Source of the DNA: an uncultured Clostridiaceae bacterium | Lineage (GTDB): Bacteria > Bacillota > Clostridia > TANB77 > CAG-508 | DNA length: 64,000 nt | NCBI GenBank assembly: GCA_930990125.1 | Contig: CAKNOI010000006.1 | Location: forward strand, 479 to 64,478 | Direction of reading: 5' to 3' | Shown here: piece after piece, positions 1 through 9,354 of the stretch | Position numbering within the stretch: the first letter of the stretch is position 1 | How the letters are laid out: every line of letters starts with the position of its first letter | Made by a program: the position numbers and the translations under genes | Notes under the pieces: generated by a model | Told to the model about the DNA's origin: nothing | The model's database searches: none | Seen by the model: the letters and a program-made list of their open reading frames with translations, nothing else

Positions 1-2337
1 TTCTAATTCTCTCATTTTTTCTGGTGTAATGCTTTCTTCTTTTCCTGCATATTTTGCCATTATTTTTTCTTGGACTTCTTGTATTACTTTTTGGCTATCA
101 AACTTACTTTCTGTTAAAGATTCAATCGTATCTACATTAAAGGTATTCATAATATCTTGTAATAAAGCTTCTTTATTTACATTACCTTCTTCTGCTGCAT
201 AGTAGTTTACTACTGTTTCTACTTCGGAATGCATCATTTTTACAATACTATCTTTTAAATCTTCTCCATCTAGTACTTGTCTTCTTTGTTTATAAATAAT
301 TTCTCTTTGTGTATTCATAACATCATCATATTGTAACACATTTTTACGAATACTAAAGTTTCTACCTTCTACTCTTTTTTGTGCAGATTCCACTGCATTA
401 GATAGCATCTTATTTTGCAATTCCATGTCTTCATCGGCACCTAATCTATCATAAATAGTAGTAATCATATCACCACCAAATATTTTCATTAGGTCATCAT
501 CTAACGAAATATAAAATCTAGAAACACCTGGATCTCCTTGACGTCCACTACGTCCACGAAGCTGATTATCAATTCTTCTAGATTCGTGTCTTTCGGTACC
601 AATAATTCTAAGTCCGCCAGCATCAATTACTTTTTGTTTTTCTTCTTTTATTTCTTCTGCAAATTTTGCTTCTAATTCACGGAATGTTTTTCTTGCTTCT
701 AATATTTCTGTATCCTCTGTTTCATTAAAAGCAGTGGCTTGCTCAATTAATTCGGAATCGTAGTTTCGTTTCCTCATTTCCTGTTTTGCTAAATATTCGC
801 TATTTCCACCAAGCATAATATCGGTACCACGACCTGCCATATTGGTAGAAATAGTAACTGCACCAAATTTACCAGCTTGTGCAATAATTTCCGCTTCTTT
901 CTCATGATACTTCGCATTTAACACTTCATGCTTTATTCCTTCTTTTTTAAGGATACTGCTTAGTTTTTCTGATTTTTCAATAGATACCGTACCTACTAGA
1001 ACCGGCTGTCCTTTTTCATGACTTTCTTTAATTGCTTTTACAACTGCTCTATATTTTGCAGCTTCATTCTTATAAATAGCATCATTTAAATCCTCACGAA
1101 TCATTGGCTTGTTGGTAGGAATTGCAATAACATCTAAGTTATAAATCTCGTTAAATTCTTTTTCTTCTGTCATTGCAGTACCTGTCATACCAGATAATTT
1201 TTCATACATTCTAAAGTAGTTTTGGAAGGTAATAGTTGCTAATGTCTTAGATTCATCTGCTATTTTTACATGCTCCTTTGCTTCAATAGCTTGGTGAAGC
1301 CCATTATTATATCTTCTTCCATACATAATTCTTCCTGTAAATTCATCTACAATTAAAACTTCACCATCTTTTACAATGTAATCAATATCTTTTTTCATTA
1401 CGCCATGTGCACGTAATGCTTGATTTACATGGTGCACTAAAGTAGAGTTTTCCAAATCATTAAAGTTATCTAAATGGAAAGTTTCTTCAGCTTTTTTAAT
1501 TCCCTTTTGGGTAAGAGAAGCAGATTTTGCTTTTAAATCTACAATATAATCGTATTTTTCATTATCTTCGGCTTGCTGAGTGTTTTTTACATCTTCTTCT
1601 ACAATTACTTTTGGAGTTAATCTACGAACAAAATCATCTGCTGTTTTATAAAGGTCAGAAGATTGGTTGGCTCTACCAGAAATAATAAGCGGTGTACGTG
1701 CCTCATCAATTAAAATACTATCAATCTCATCCACAATAGCATATTTTAATTTTCTTTGTACTAATTGTTCTTTATAAATAACCATATTATCTCTTAAATA
1801 GTCAAATCCAAATTCATTGTTCGTTCCATAAGTAATATCCGCATGATAAGCAACTCTTTTAGCATCTGGTTTCATTCCACTGATAGCAAGTCCTACTGTT
1901 AATCCCAAGAAACGATATAATTTTCCCATCCATTCACTATCTCTTTTAGCAAGATAATCATTTACAGTAATAACATGAACGCCTTCCCCTGTTAAAGCAT
2001 TCAAATACACTGGTAAAGTAGCTACTAATGTTTTACCTTCACCAGTTTTCATTTCTGCTATTCTACCTTGGTGCAAAATAATACCACCAATTAATTGCAC
2101 ATCAAAATGTCTCATTCCTAATACTCTTTTAGAAGCCTCTCTTACAACTGCAAAAGCTTCTGGTAAAAGGTCATCTAATGTTTTTCCTTCTTGTAATTGT
2201 TTTTTAAAATAGGGGGTTTTTGCCTGCAACTCTGTATCAGAAAGCTTAGAAATTTCAGGTTCTAAAGCATTTATTTTTTCTACTATTGGTCTAATTCTTT
2301 TAATTTCTTTTTCACTATATGTTTTAAAGAATCCCAC
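1..2337 (-). CDS. secA: Preprotein translocase ATPase SecA (partial; the C-terminus runs off the window start)
   Basis: Reverse-strand translation from a GTG at 2335-2337 (GAGGAG RBS 8 nt upstream) gives (M)[26 protein letters not shown]...[29 protein letters not shown] with SecA DEAD-motor motifs. It is open to position 1. It is absent from the ORF track only because it is truncated by the window edge. Confidence 0.9.
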   Translation of the reverse strand, partial: MGFFKTYSEKEIKRIRPIVEKINALEPEISKLSDTELQAKTPYFKKQLQEGKTLDDLLPEAFAVVREASKRVLGMRHFDVQLIGGIILHQGRIAEMKTGEGKTLVATLPVYLNALTGEGVHVITVNDYLAKRDSEWMGKLYRFLGLTVGLAISGMKPDAKRVAYHADITYGTNNEFGFDYLRDNMVIYKEQLVQRKLKYAIVDEIDSILIDEARTPLIISGRANQSSDLYKTADDFVRRLTPKVIVEEDVKNTQQAEDNEKYDYIVDLKAKSASLTQKGIKKAEETFHLDNFNDLENSTLVHHVNQALRAHGVMKKDIDYIVKDGEVLIVDEFTGRIMYGRRYNNGLHQAIEAKEHVKIADESKTLATITFQNYFRMYEKLSGMTGTAMTEEKEFNEIYNLDVIAIPTNKPMIREDLNDAIYKNEAAKYRAVVKAIKESHEKGQPVLVGTVSIEKSEKLSSILKKEGIKHEVLNAKYHEKEAEIIAQAGKFGAVTISTNMAGRGTDIMLGGNSEYLAKQEMRKRNYDSELIEQATAFNETEDTEILEARKTFRELEAKFAEEIKEEKQKVIDAGGLRIIGTERHESRRIDNQLRGRSGRQGDPGVSRFYISLDDDLMKIFGGDMITTIYDRLGADEDMELQNKMLSNAVESAQKRVEGRNFSIRKNVLQYDDVMNTQREIIYKQRRQVLDGEDLKDSIVKMMHSEVETVVNYYAAEEGNVNKEALLQDIMNTFNVDTIESLTESKFDSQKVIQEVQEKIMAKYAGKEESITPEKMRELE

Positions 2338-2419
2338 AATCAACAACTCCTCATTTTGCTTATTTTTTACTTACTTACTATATCATTTTTTTTGGGCAAG
2401 TGCAATACTTTTATCTAAA

Positions 2420-2456
2420 GAAAAAGAGAAGCCCAAATTTAAGCTTCTCTCTTTCC
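2420..2456 (-). terminator. Rho-independent terminator between the small peptide gene and the secA promoter (TTGCAC-17-TATAGT at about 2365-2395)
   Basis: Minus-strand GAGAGAAGCTTAAATTTGGGCTTCTCT hairpin followed by TTTTTCTTT. Confidence 0.6.
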
Positions 2457-2459
2457 ATT

Positions 2460-2594
2460 TCACCGAAAAAGCGAAAAACATTCCGGTAGAAACGGTAGTA
2501 CCACCCAAATAATGATGGTCGCGGGAATTAATCCAATAAAGAATCCTAAAATAAAATTTTTATTTAGTATCATATGCTCCCGTCTCCGCTTCAT
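2460..2594 (-). CDS. Small membrane peptide (44 aa, MKRRREHMILNKNFILGFFIGLIPATIIIWVVLPFLPECFSLFR) on its own transcription unit upstream of secA
   Basis: Minus-strand promoter TTGCTA-17-TATAAT, RBS AAAGGAGG 9 nt before the ATG, and a hairpin plus T-run terminator at about 2420-2455 before the secA promoter. Positively charged N-terminus followed by one TM helix. Contains three in-frame CGG codons (codons 3, 5 and the last sense codon). Confidence 0.4.
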   Translation of the reverse strand: MKRRREHMILNKNFILGFFIGLIPATIIIWVVLPFLPECFSLFR

Positions 2595-2708
2595 TTGCTT
2601 TGCCTCCTTTATTTCTAAAGTAATAATATTATAACACTTTTTAGCATGAATAGCAACTCTTTCGAATATAGATAAGTAACGGTATTTTAAAAGAAAGAAG
2701 GATGCACT

Positions 2709-3249
2709 ATGTTTATTTGTAATGTAAAGATAAATAGTACCAAAATTTTTAAAGCAATTTTTGTGGTGGTTTGTATTAGTATTGTTATTTTATTTGGTGT
2801 AGCAGTATATAAAGTAATGTTTGGAAGTATTAAGGCATCTCCTCGGGAATAGTATAAATAAGGTACAAACAATTACAAGTAGTAATTATACCAGTATATT
2901 ACAAACAGTTCATGAAAATATTGATGGATATGTTGGCCAAAAAATTTGTTTTACTGGCTATGTATATCGTGTTTATGATATACAAGAGAATCAATTTATA
3001 TTAGCAAGAGATATGATTGTAAGTTCTGATTTTCAAAGTGTTGTAGTTGGTTTTTTATGTGAATATGATAAAGCGAAAAACTTTGATAATAATACATGGG
3101 TAGAAGTAACAGGTGAAATTACAAAAGGAGATTATCATGGCGATATGCCTATTGTAAAAGTTACCCAAATCACAAAAGTAGATGCTCCAAAAGATGAATT
3201 TGTTTATCCTCCTGATGGTACATATGTTCCTACTAGTAATTATTTATAA
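2709..3249 (+). CDS. Membrane-anchored hypothetical protein (N-terminal TM helix plus about 135 aa beta-rich domain). Continuous only if the C of the in-frame CGG at 2844-2846 is skipped (+1).
   Basis: ATG at 2709 gives MFICNVKINSTKIFKAIFVVVCISIVILFGVAVYKVMFGSIKASP then CGG GAA TAG. The +1 frame continues GNSINKVQTITSS...VEVTGEITKGDYHGDMPIVKVTQI (ORF-track 2821..3249, which otherwise has only a TTG start). The join restores a Gly codon (GGG). Confidence 0.55.
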
Positions 3250-3275
3250 AAGACCTATTGTCCATAATAGGTCTT

Positions 3276-3932
3276 TTACTTTTTTATTGCAATCAAGGCT
3301 TTAATAGGAATACCCGCTTCTGAAAACATTTTTTCATGTTCGGTTACAATATTTTCCGGTACCTGCTCTTGATGAAGATTTTCTGTTTTCCAACTAATGG
3401 TAAAACCTTCTTCTAACAGATAAGAAATACTATCTTTAAAAAGCGCAGCATCATCGGTTTTAAAATAAATTTCTCCCCCCTGTTTTAAAAACACCTTATA
3501 ATGTTCTAATTGTCTTGTATAGGTAAGTCTTCTTTTTTTATGTGTATTTTTAGGCCAAGGGTTACAAAAATTAATATAAATTCTATCAACTACATCTTTT
3601 TCATTACACATGAGTAAAATTCTTTGTATATCATGTTTTGTTATATAAATATTGTTTATTGGCAAGTCTTTTTCGTGATACTCTTTTTCAATATTTCTTT
3701 TGCAAAGGCCTAGCATAGAGTCTACTACATCAATAGCTAAATAATTAATTTCTGGATGACTGCTTGCAAGTTTTGCAATAAAAGTACCTTTACCACATCC
3801 TAGTTCTAAGTGAAGTGGCCCTTTTTTAGAATATAATGCATGCCACTTTCCTATTTGTTCTGTTGGATTAGAAATATAAAAAGGACATTCCATTAATTCC
3901 GTTTTTGCCCATTTTTTACAACGTATTCGCAT
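3276..3932 (-). CDS. trmB: tRNA (guanine-N7)-methyltransferase
   Basis: 218 aa with a SAM-methyltransferase fold motif (LELGCGKG) and the TrmB signature ...INFCNPWPK. Minus-strand promoter TTGAAA-17-TATAAT lies inside the 3956-3995 repeat unit. Confidence 0.9.
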   Translation of the reverse strand: MRIRCKKWAKTELMECPFYISNPTEQIGKWHALYSKKGPLHLELGCGKGTFIAKLASSHPEINYLAIDVVDSMLGLCKRNIEKEYHEKDLPINNIYITKHDIQRILLMCNEKDVVDRIYINFCNPWPKNTHKKRRLTYTRQLEHYKVFLKQGGEIYFKTDDAALFKDSISYLLEEGFTISWKTENLHQEQVPENIVTEHEKMFSEAGIPIKALIAIKK

Positions 3933-3955
3933 GTTTCTTCTCTCCTATTATCCTA

Positions 3956-3995
3956 GATGCTAATGATTATATCATAAAAAATTTTTCTTTTCAAA
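3956..3995 (-). promoter_or_regulatory. Sigma-A type promoter for trmB (TTGAAA-17-TATAAT on the minus strand); copy 1 of a 40 bp duplicated module
   Basis: gatgctaatgattatatcataaaaaatttttcttttcaaa is the reverse complement of TTTGAAAAGAAAAATTTTTTATGATATAATCATTAGCATC. The same 40-mer (1 mismatch) recurs at 4708-4747. On the plus strand, just downstream, TTGTAA-17-TATAAT drives the 4140 gene. Confidence 0.6.
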
Positions 3996-4139
3996 TATTA
4001 CCCCTGAATAGATGAACTAAAAATATTGTAAAAGAAAATAAAATATGATATAATATTTATGTTAATTTCTTTTTTATCCTGTTTTACAGGTTGATATATA
4101 GGCAGTTACGATAAAATAATTATTTTAAGGAGGATTTGT

Positions 4140-4601
4140 ATGTTAAGTCTAATTTTAGGTGTGGTAATTATTCTTCTTGTGGTCTTTTTGATTTTATGGA
4201 AAATATATCCCAAAAGAGAAGATGGTTTTAGTATAATGTCTATGTTCTGTGTGATGGCAATTATAGGGTTACTTATTCCTATTTGTACACTATCTACTAC
4301 AGTAGCCACGGAAAGCACCATTGATAGCAAAATTGCAATGTATGAAGAAGAAAATGCCAAGATTGAACAAGACATTGATAGAATTGTCGAACACTATTTA
4401 AAATATGAACAGGATACATTTGCCAACCTAAAAGATGAAAGTCCAATTACTTTAGTTACATTATTCCCCGAACTTAAGTCGGATGCTCTTGTACAACAAC
4501 AGTTAGAAATTTATGTTGATAATAATGCTGAAATAAAGAGTCTGAAGGAAGAAAAAATTGATATTGCCAAGAAAAAGTATTTGCTCTACTTTGGCAAGTA
4601 A
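4140..4601 (+). CDS. Hypothetical membrane protein with a coiled-coil C-terminal half
   Basis: 153 aa ORF with RBS AAGGAGG before the ATG at 4140 and an N-terminal TM segment. Followed by a bidirectional hairpin terminator at 4610-4652. Confidence 0.6.
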   Translation: MLSLILGVVIILLVVFLILWKIYPKREDGFSIMSMFCVMAIIGLLIPICTLSTTVATESTIDSKIAMYEEENAKIEQDIDRIVEHYLKYEQDTFANLKDESPITLVTLFPELKSDALVQQQLEIYVDNNAEIKSLKEEKIDIAKKKYLLYFGK

Positions 4602-4609
4602 TTGGAGTA

Positions 4610-4652
4610 CAAAAACTGTTTGTTGCTGAAAAGCGACTAAACAGTTTTTGTG
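4610..4652. terminator. Bidirectional intrinsic terminator (A-tract, hairpin, T-tract)
   Basis: AAAAACTGTTTgttgctgaaaagcgactAAACAGTTTTTG. It serves the 4140 gene on the plus strand and any transcript from the duplicated promoter on the minus strand. Confidence 0.6.
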
Positions 4653-4707
4653 CTTTCTGGTAGTTTTACTATATTTTATTAAATAGTATTCGCTTATTGT
4701 ACCAAAG

Positions 4708-4747
4708 GATGCTAATGATTATACCATAAAAAATTTTTCTTTTCAAA
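4708..4747 (-). promoter_or_regulatory. Second copy of the 40 bp trmB-type promoter module, minus-strand orientation, with no CDS downstream (candidate roughly 100 nt small-RNA unit 4608-4710)
   Basis: 39/40 identity to 3956-3995, including -35 TTGAAA and -10 TATAAT. It is back-to-back with the plus-strand tRNA-Leu promoter TTGCAA(4752-4757)-17-TATAAT(4775-4780). Confidence 0.45.
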
Positions 4748-4793
4748 CTGCTTGCAATCGAATCTTCTATTTGCTATAATTAAAAAGAAATAA

Positions 4794-4878
4794 GCAAGTA
4801 TGCTGGAACTGGCAGACAGGCACGTTTGAGGGGCGTGTGCAGAAATGCGTATGGGTTCAAGTCCCATTACTTGCACCA
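4794..4878 (+). tRNA. tRNA-Leu (anticodon GAG), class II with a long variable arm
   Basis: Acceptor GCAAGTA/TACTTGC. D-arm CTG-GAACTGGCAGA-CAG. Anticodon stem CACGT/GCGTG with loop TTGAGGG (anticodon GAG, G37). Variable arm TGCAGAAATGCGT. T-arm ATGGG-TTCAAGT-CCCAT. Discriminator A and encoded CCA. 85 nt. Confidence 0.85.
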
Positions 4879-4881
4879 AAA

Positions 4882-4912
4882 AAGAAGTTGTTTTCATACA
4901 ACTTCTTTTTTC
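4882..4912. terminator. Intrinsic terminator after tRNA-Leu, shared with the convergent pentapeptide-repeat gene
   Basis: AAGAAGTTGTtttcatACAACTTCTT followed by TTTTT. Confidence 0.7.
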
Positions 4913-5539
4913 TCACTTTACAATCAGTCCCATTAGTTCTGCCAAGTCTACTGCTTGCATAGGAGTTACGGTGCATCCTTTTACATCTTCTATTTGCACT
5001 ACAATTCCTTCTATTTGACTGGTTCGAAAGTCTATACCTTTTAGACTAGTACGAAAAAAAGAACTTCCATTCCAATTGCAATCTTGTGTATAAAATTCTT
5101 TTAAGGTTGCCTCTTGTATACTACTTCCGGTTAGGTCGCTTTTTTTCCATAAAACATTTTTAAAACTAGCTGTACTAAAGTTACTATACTTCCCCTGTAT
5201 TTCTTCTAAACATGCATGATGCCAAAAGGTTCCTGAAAAATTACAACCTACCAATTTGCAGTTTAAAAAATGTGTTCGTATTAAACTAGAATTACTAAAA
5301 TTAGTATTGGAAAAATCACAGTTTTCAAAAATAACATCACAAAAACTGCTATTAGAAAAATTACAATATACCATTTGGCAATTTTTTACCTCACAAGAAG
5401 ACATTTCTACCTTTTCTGCTTCTAATCCATTTTGATGTATACTATGCAAAGCTATTCCTTGTATCGTATCTTGTGGAAACACTTCAGGAATAGTACTTAC
5501 TTCTTTTGCAAGATGAATCATTGGTTTATAAATATTCAT
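4913..5539 (-). CDS. Pentapeptide-repeat protein, Qnr/MfpA-like (208 aa)
   Basis: Tandem A(D/N)LxX-type pentapeptide repeats (CNFSNSSFCDVIFENCDFSNTNFSNSSLIRTHFLNCKLVGCNFSG...). Size and architecture match Qnr-family DNA-gyrase protection proteins of Firmicutes. Confidence 0.7.
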   Translation of the reverse strand: MNIYKPMIHLAKEVSTIPEVFPQDTIQGIALHSIHQNGLEAEKVEMSSCEVKNCQMVYCNFSNSSFCDVIFENCDFSNTNFSNSSLIRTHFLNCKLVGCNFSGTFWHHACLEEIQGKYSNFSTASFKNVLWKKSDLTGSSIQEATLKEFYTQDCNWNGSSFFRTSLKGIDFRTSQIEGIVVQIEDVKGCTVTPMQAVDLAELMGLIVK

Positions 5540-5642
5540 GTTTTAAACTCCTTTTTTCTATTATAACGATTGCTTTGCTATTTTACAAGACTTTACAAAA
5601 GAGTTCTTATTTTATATACTAATAGAAAAGGAGTAAAAATTT

Positions 5643-6524
5643 ATGAAACTAGAATACACGATACAAAATACCGATTCTTATCAAACTGTAAAAGGGGTAC
5701 TAAAAAACCATTTTCATCTTTCCGAGCGATTATTTTCACAAGTAAAAAGAAGAGAATTGATATTTGTAAATGGCTTTAAAGCTGTGCCTTATGCCTTGGT
5801 ACATCCCGGAGATATAATAGAAGTAGTACTAGATTATCCAGAGGATAATTCAAATATTGTTCCTACGAAAATGCCATTAGATATTGTATATGAAGATGAA
5901 TGGTACCTTGTTTTAAATAAACCTGCTGGTATTAGCACCCACCCTTCTATTCTACATTATGAAAATAGCCTTTCCAATGGTGTTTGTTATTATTTTCACG
6001 AAATAGATCTTTGCAAAAAAATACGCCCTATTCAGAGATTAGATAAAAATACTTCTGGCTTAATTTTTTTTGCGAAAAATGAATATGTACAAAATAGTTT
6101 TTCCTTTCAAATGCAACAAGGAACATTGGTAAAAGAATATCTTACCATAATAGAAGGACATTTGGATAAACCATCTGGCACAATAGATTTACCAATTAGC
6201 AGAAAAGAAGGAAGTATTATGGAACGAATCATTTCTCCAGAAGGAGAAAGAGCGATAACAAAATATGAAGTAGTTCAAGAAACGAAAGACCTGTCTTTGG
6301 TAAAATGTCTATTAATTACAGGTAGAACCCATCAAATTCGTGTTCACATGAAAGCAATTGGTCATCCTGTTGTAGGAGATTTTTTATATGGAACCGAATC
6401 TCCTTTTATTGGTAGACAAGCCTTGCATAGTTACCATATAAAAGCCAAACATCCTGTTACTAATACAGAAGTAGAATATATTTGTCCTTTACCACAGGAC
6501 ATGGAAAAATTATTGTCTCTTTAA
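5643..6524 (+). CDS. RluA-family 23S rRNA/tRNA pseudouridine synthase (S4-like N-domain plus catalytic domain)
   Basis: 293 aa with conserved ...PAGISTHPS... and HQIRVHM motifs. RBS AAAGGAG. Confidence 0.85.
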   Translation: MKLEYTIQNTDSYQTVKGVLKNHFHLSERLFSQVKRRELIFVNGFKAVPYALVHPGDIIEVVLDYPEDNSNIVPTKMPLDIVYEDEWYLVLNKPAGISTHPSILHYENSLSNGVCYYFHEIDLCKKIRPIQRLDKNTSGLIFFAKNEYVQNSFSFQMQQGTLVKEYLTIIEGHLDKPSGTIDLPISRKEGSIMERIISPEGERAITKYEVVQETKDLSLVKCLLITGRTHQIRVHMKAIGHPVVGDFLYGTESPFIGRQALHSYHIKAKHPVTNTEVEYICPLPQDMEKLLSL

Positions 6525-6575
6525 TTTTTATTACGGCTACTACAATTTTTGGTAAAACTTTATTTCTACTAAACA

Positions 6576-6608
6576 GAAAAAAAGTGCTATGACAGCACTT
6601 TTTTCTTT
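6576..6608. terminator. Bidirectional terminator between the rluA-family gene and rnpB
   Basis: AAAAAAAGTGCTatgacAGCACTTTTTTCTTTT. Confidence 0.65.
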
Positions 6609-6610
6609 TA

Positions 6611-6954
<344 letters not shown>

Positions 6955-6986
6955 CTTTTTTATTATACCGAATTTTACTTCAGAAA

Positions 6987-7912
6987 TCAAGCTGTTAACA
7001 GATTAATTTCGGAAATAAGATTTTTATATTTAATATAATAGATTTCTTTTTCTTGTAATTCTACCGAGCTTTGTAATTCTTTTAGTAAAATATAGCTTTT
7101 ATTTACGGTATATTGCTTTTCTTCTTGGAAAGACATATCATTCATCACTTTATTAAAATATTCTTCTGCCTGCTGTAATCTAGCTGTTACTTCTTCCCAA
7201 TTATCGGTTTCTACTGCCGAATAGCTTAGTACAATATTGGCTTTTGTTTGGTATAAATTCGTAGAGAATTCATTTAAACAAGAAGCGGAATACTGTGGCA
7301 AAAACCCATATAAATCTGCTAGTGCTACAATGGTATTTGCTTTATCTTCTTTAGCAATATTACTGGTAACAATATCTAGTTGTTTTCCAAAATTTAAAAT
7401 GCTATCGGAATCTAAATCTACCTTATATAAATCTAACAAAATAGTTGCCCAAATGTCATGTAAATTTTCTACATCTTTTTTTAATGTTTCCCAATCTATT
7501 TGTGTATTTCGATTATTTAAAATTGTATCTGGTGAAAGCGATGTTTGTTCTTTCTTTTCTCCTTTTTCCTCTTCTCCCTCTGTATTTTCTTTCGATTTTC
7601 CTTCTTCGCTTTCTCCATTTTCTTGATTTTGCGAGCCTCCTGTAGTATTGCTCTCTTCGGCATCAGGTATTTTTCCTTCTTCTATCTCAATAGGAAGAAC
7701 GGTATAGTTATCATATGAAATATTATTTAAAGAATTTAAAATATAGATAAAACGGTTATCTAAATATTTTATTTCTTCTGCTATTTTTTGCGTTATATCT
7801 TCTGTTTTTTTCCCGCCTTCAGAACATCCTGTTAAAGAAATGAGTGCAACCATTATCATGGTAAAAAGTAGCATTCCTTTTCGTATTGTTCCATATTCAG
7901 TTTTCCTTGCCA
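6987..7912 (-). CDS. Lipoprotein, hypothetical (lipobox LISLTGCS; acidic low-complexity linker then a helical domain)
   Basis: Start taken at MARKTEYGTIRKGMLLFTMIMVALISLTGC rather than the track's longer upstream extension. Signal peptide plus Cys lipobox. Confidence 0.6.
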
Positions 7913-8054
7913 TACAAATCTCTCCTAATTTATTTCCTTTTTCTACAATTTTGTAGATTATTTGTATTACTAGTATGCGCAAAAAATTACCTTTTATTCT
8001 CTTGTATAGCTTTCTATAATAAAATCCATACTATTTTTAAAGGAGTTTTTCTGA

Positions 8055-8335
8055 TGAGTAGTATTGTAAGATTATATAGTAATGATAAAAGTGCTATTTC
8101 TCACTTTTTAAAAAATTTTCTAGAACAAGATATTGTGTTAGAAAACGAGTTAGAATGGGAAAAGAAATATGAAAACCCAATAGAAATTGCAGATATTATT
8201 GGAAGTTTTATTGATAACAATGATAAATACCCTATCAATATGTGGATTAGCTTAGATGCTGGTGTGTTTTTAAATGTGACAGAACAAAATTCTGATGAAA
8301 TTATTCGTTATTTGTATGAAAGATTTCCTTGGTAG
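8055..8335 (+). CDS. Hypothetical protein (93 aa)
   Basis: ATG at 8055 with RBS AAAGGAG. MSSIVRLYSNDKSAISHFL... No recognisable motif. Confidence 0.45.
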
Positions 8336-8384
8336 AGGGTATTCCTTAAAAAGCAAAATAAAATGAAAAAAAGTAGAATCTTTT

Positions 8385-8831
8385 CTACTTTTCTTTTTCT
8401 AATAAAATAGTCACTGGTCCATCGTTTATTAGGCTTACTTTCATGTCTGCTCCAAAAATTCCCTTTTCTACCTTTAATCCAGATTCTTCTTTACATTTTT
8501 GAATAAAATATTCATACATTTTATTACCAAGTTCTGGTTTTGCAGCTCCAATAAAACTTGGACGGTTGCCAGAAGTACAATCGGCATATAAAGTAAATTG
8601 AGAAATTAATAATAATTCTCCTTTAATATCTTGGATAGAAAGATTCATTTTTTCGTTTTCATCACGAAAAATTCGTAAATGTAGTAGTTTTTTTACTAAA
8701 TAATCCGCTACTTCTTCTGTATCTTCTGGTCCTACTCCAACAAATACTAAAAAGCCTTTCTGAATACTTCCTACTTGTTTTCCTTCTACTGCTACATTTG
8801 CTTCTTTTACTCTTTGTACAACTAATCGCAT
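8385..8831 (-). CDS. dtd: D-aminoacyl-tRNA deacylase
   Basis: 148 aa, MRLVVQRV...SQFTLYAD...GPVT signature of Dtd. Confidence 0.9.
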   Translation of the reverse strand: MRLVVQRVKEANVAVEGKQVGSIQKGFLVFVGVGPEDTEEVADYLVKKLLHLRIFRDENEKMNLSIQDIKGELLLISQFTLYADCTSGNRPSFIGAAKPELGNKMYEYFIQKCKEESGLKVEKGIFGADMKVSLINDGPVTILLEKEK

Positions 8832-8846
8832 TTACTTCCTCCTAAT

Positions 8847-9281
8847 TTATTCTTGCTCTAAATTGGTTTGTTCCTCTTTTTGGGGTATAGAAATCGGTGT
8901 ATTATTTTCTGTTTCTTCCTGTTGTAATGTCCCACAATTTGGACAAAAACGGTAAGAAGATGCTATTTCTAAAAAGCAATGTGGACATTGTTTTTTCTCT
9001 CGTAAAGCTAAGATTTTTTTCCTTATTTCTTCTATTTGTGATGCTAACTTATCAATTTCTATACACTCTTCTAAAGTAAGTTCGTATATATTTTGCTTTT
9101 CTTCACGAATATGGTTTTCATACACCTTTTTTCCTATTTCCTCATATAAATCTTCTATTTGTGATTTATATCCTGCCATTTTCATTTTTTGTTTTGCTTC
9201 TTTTGCAATCTTGCTTGTTTTGTCTACTGTAACATAACACACGTGTGAAGTTTTTTTGCCAATTTCATTTATCAAATCCAT
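8847..9281 (-). CDS. Zinc-ribbon-domain hypothetical protein
   Basis: 144 aa with a C-terminal CPHC...CPNC zinc ribbon. The rest is coiled-coil-like. Confidence 0.5.
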   Translation of the reverse strand: MDLINEIGKKTSHVCYVTVDKTSKIAKEAKQKMKMAGYKSQIEDLYEEIGKKVYENHIREEKQNIYELTLEECIEIDKLASQIEEIRKKILALREKKQCPHCFLEIASSYRFCPNCGTLQQEETENNTPISIPQKEEQTNLEQE

Positions 9282-9354
9282 AATTAACCTCCATGTTTAT
9301 AGTACTTTATATTAGTATTACTGATTTGAAGATTATTATACTAGTTTTCTTTAC

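Noticed and set aside
7237-7645. Antisense ORFs inside the lipoprotein gene (129 aa and 66 aa). Similar shadow ORFs occur in secA, the ABC genes (25502-27013), recJ (36041-36736), the WG-repeat gene (43985-44318), tig (54776-55528) and the SleB-like gene (62304-63018)
   Set aside because: They have low-complexity or Ser/Phe-rich compositions typical of the reverse frame of AT-rich genes. None has an RBS or homology. The opposite-strand genes are well supported.
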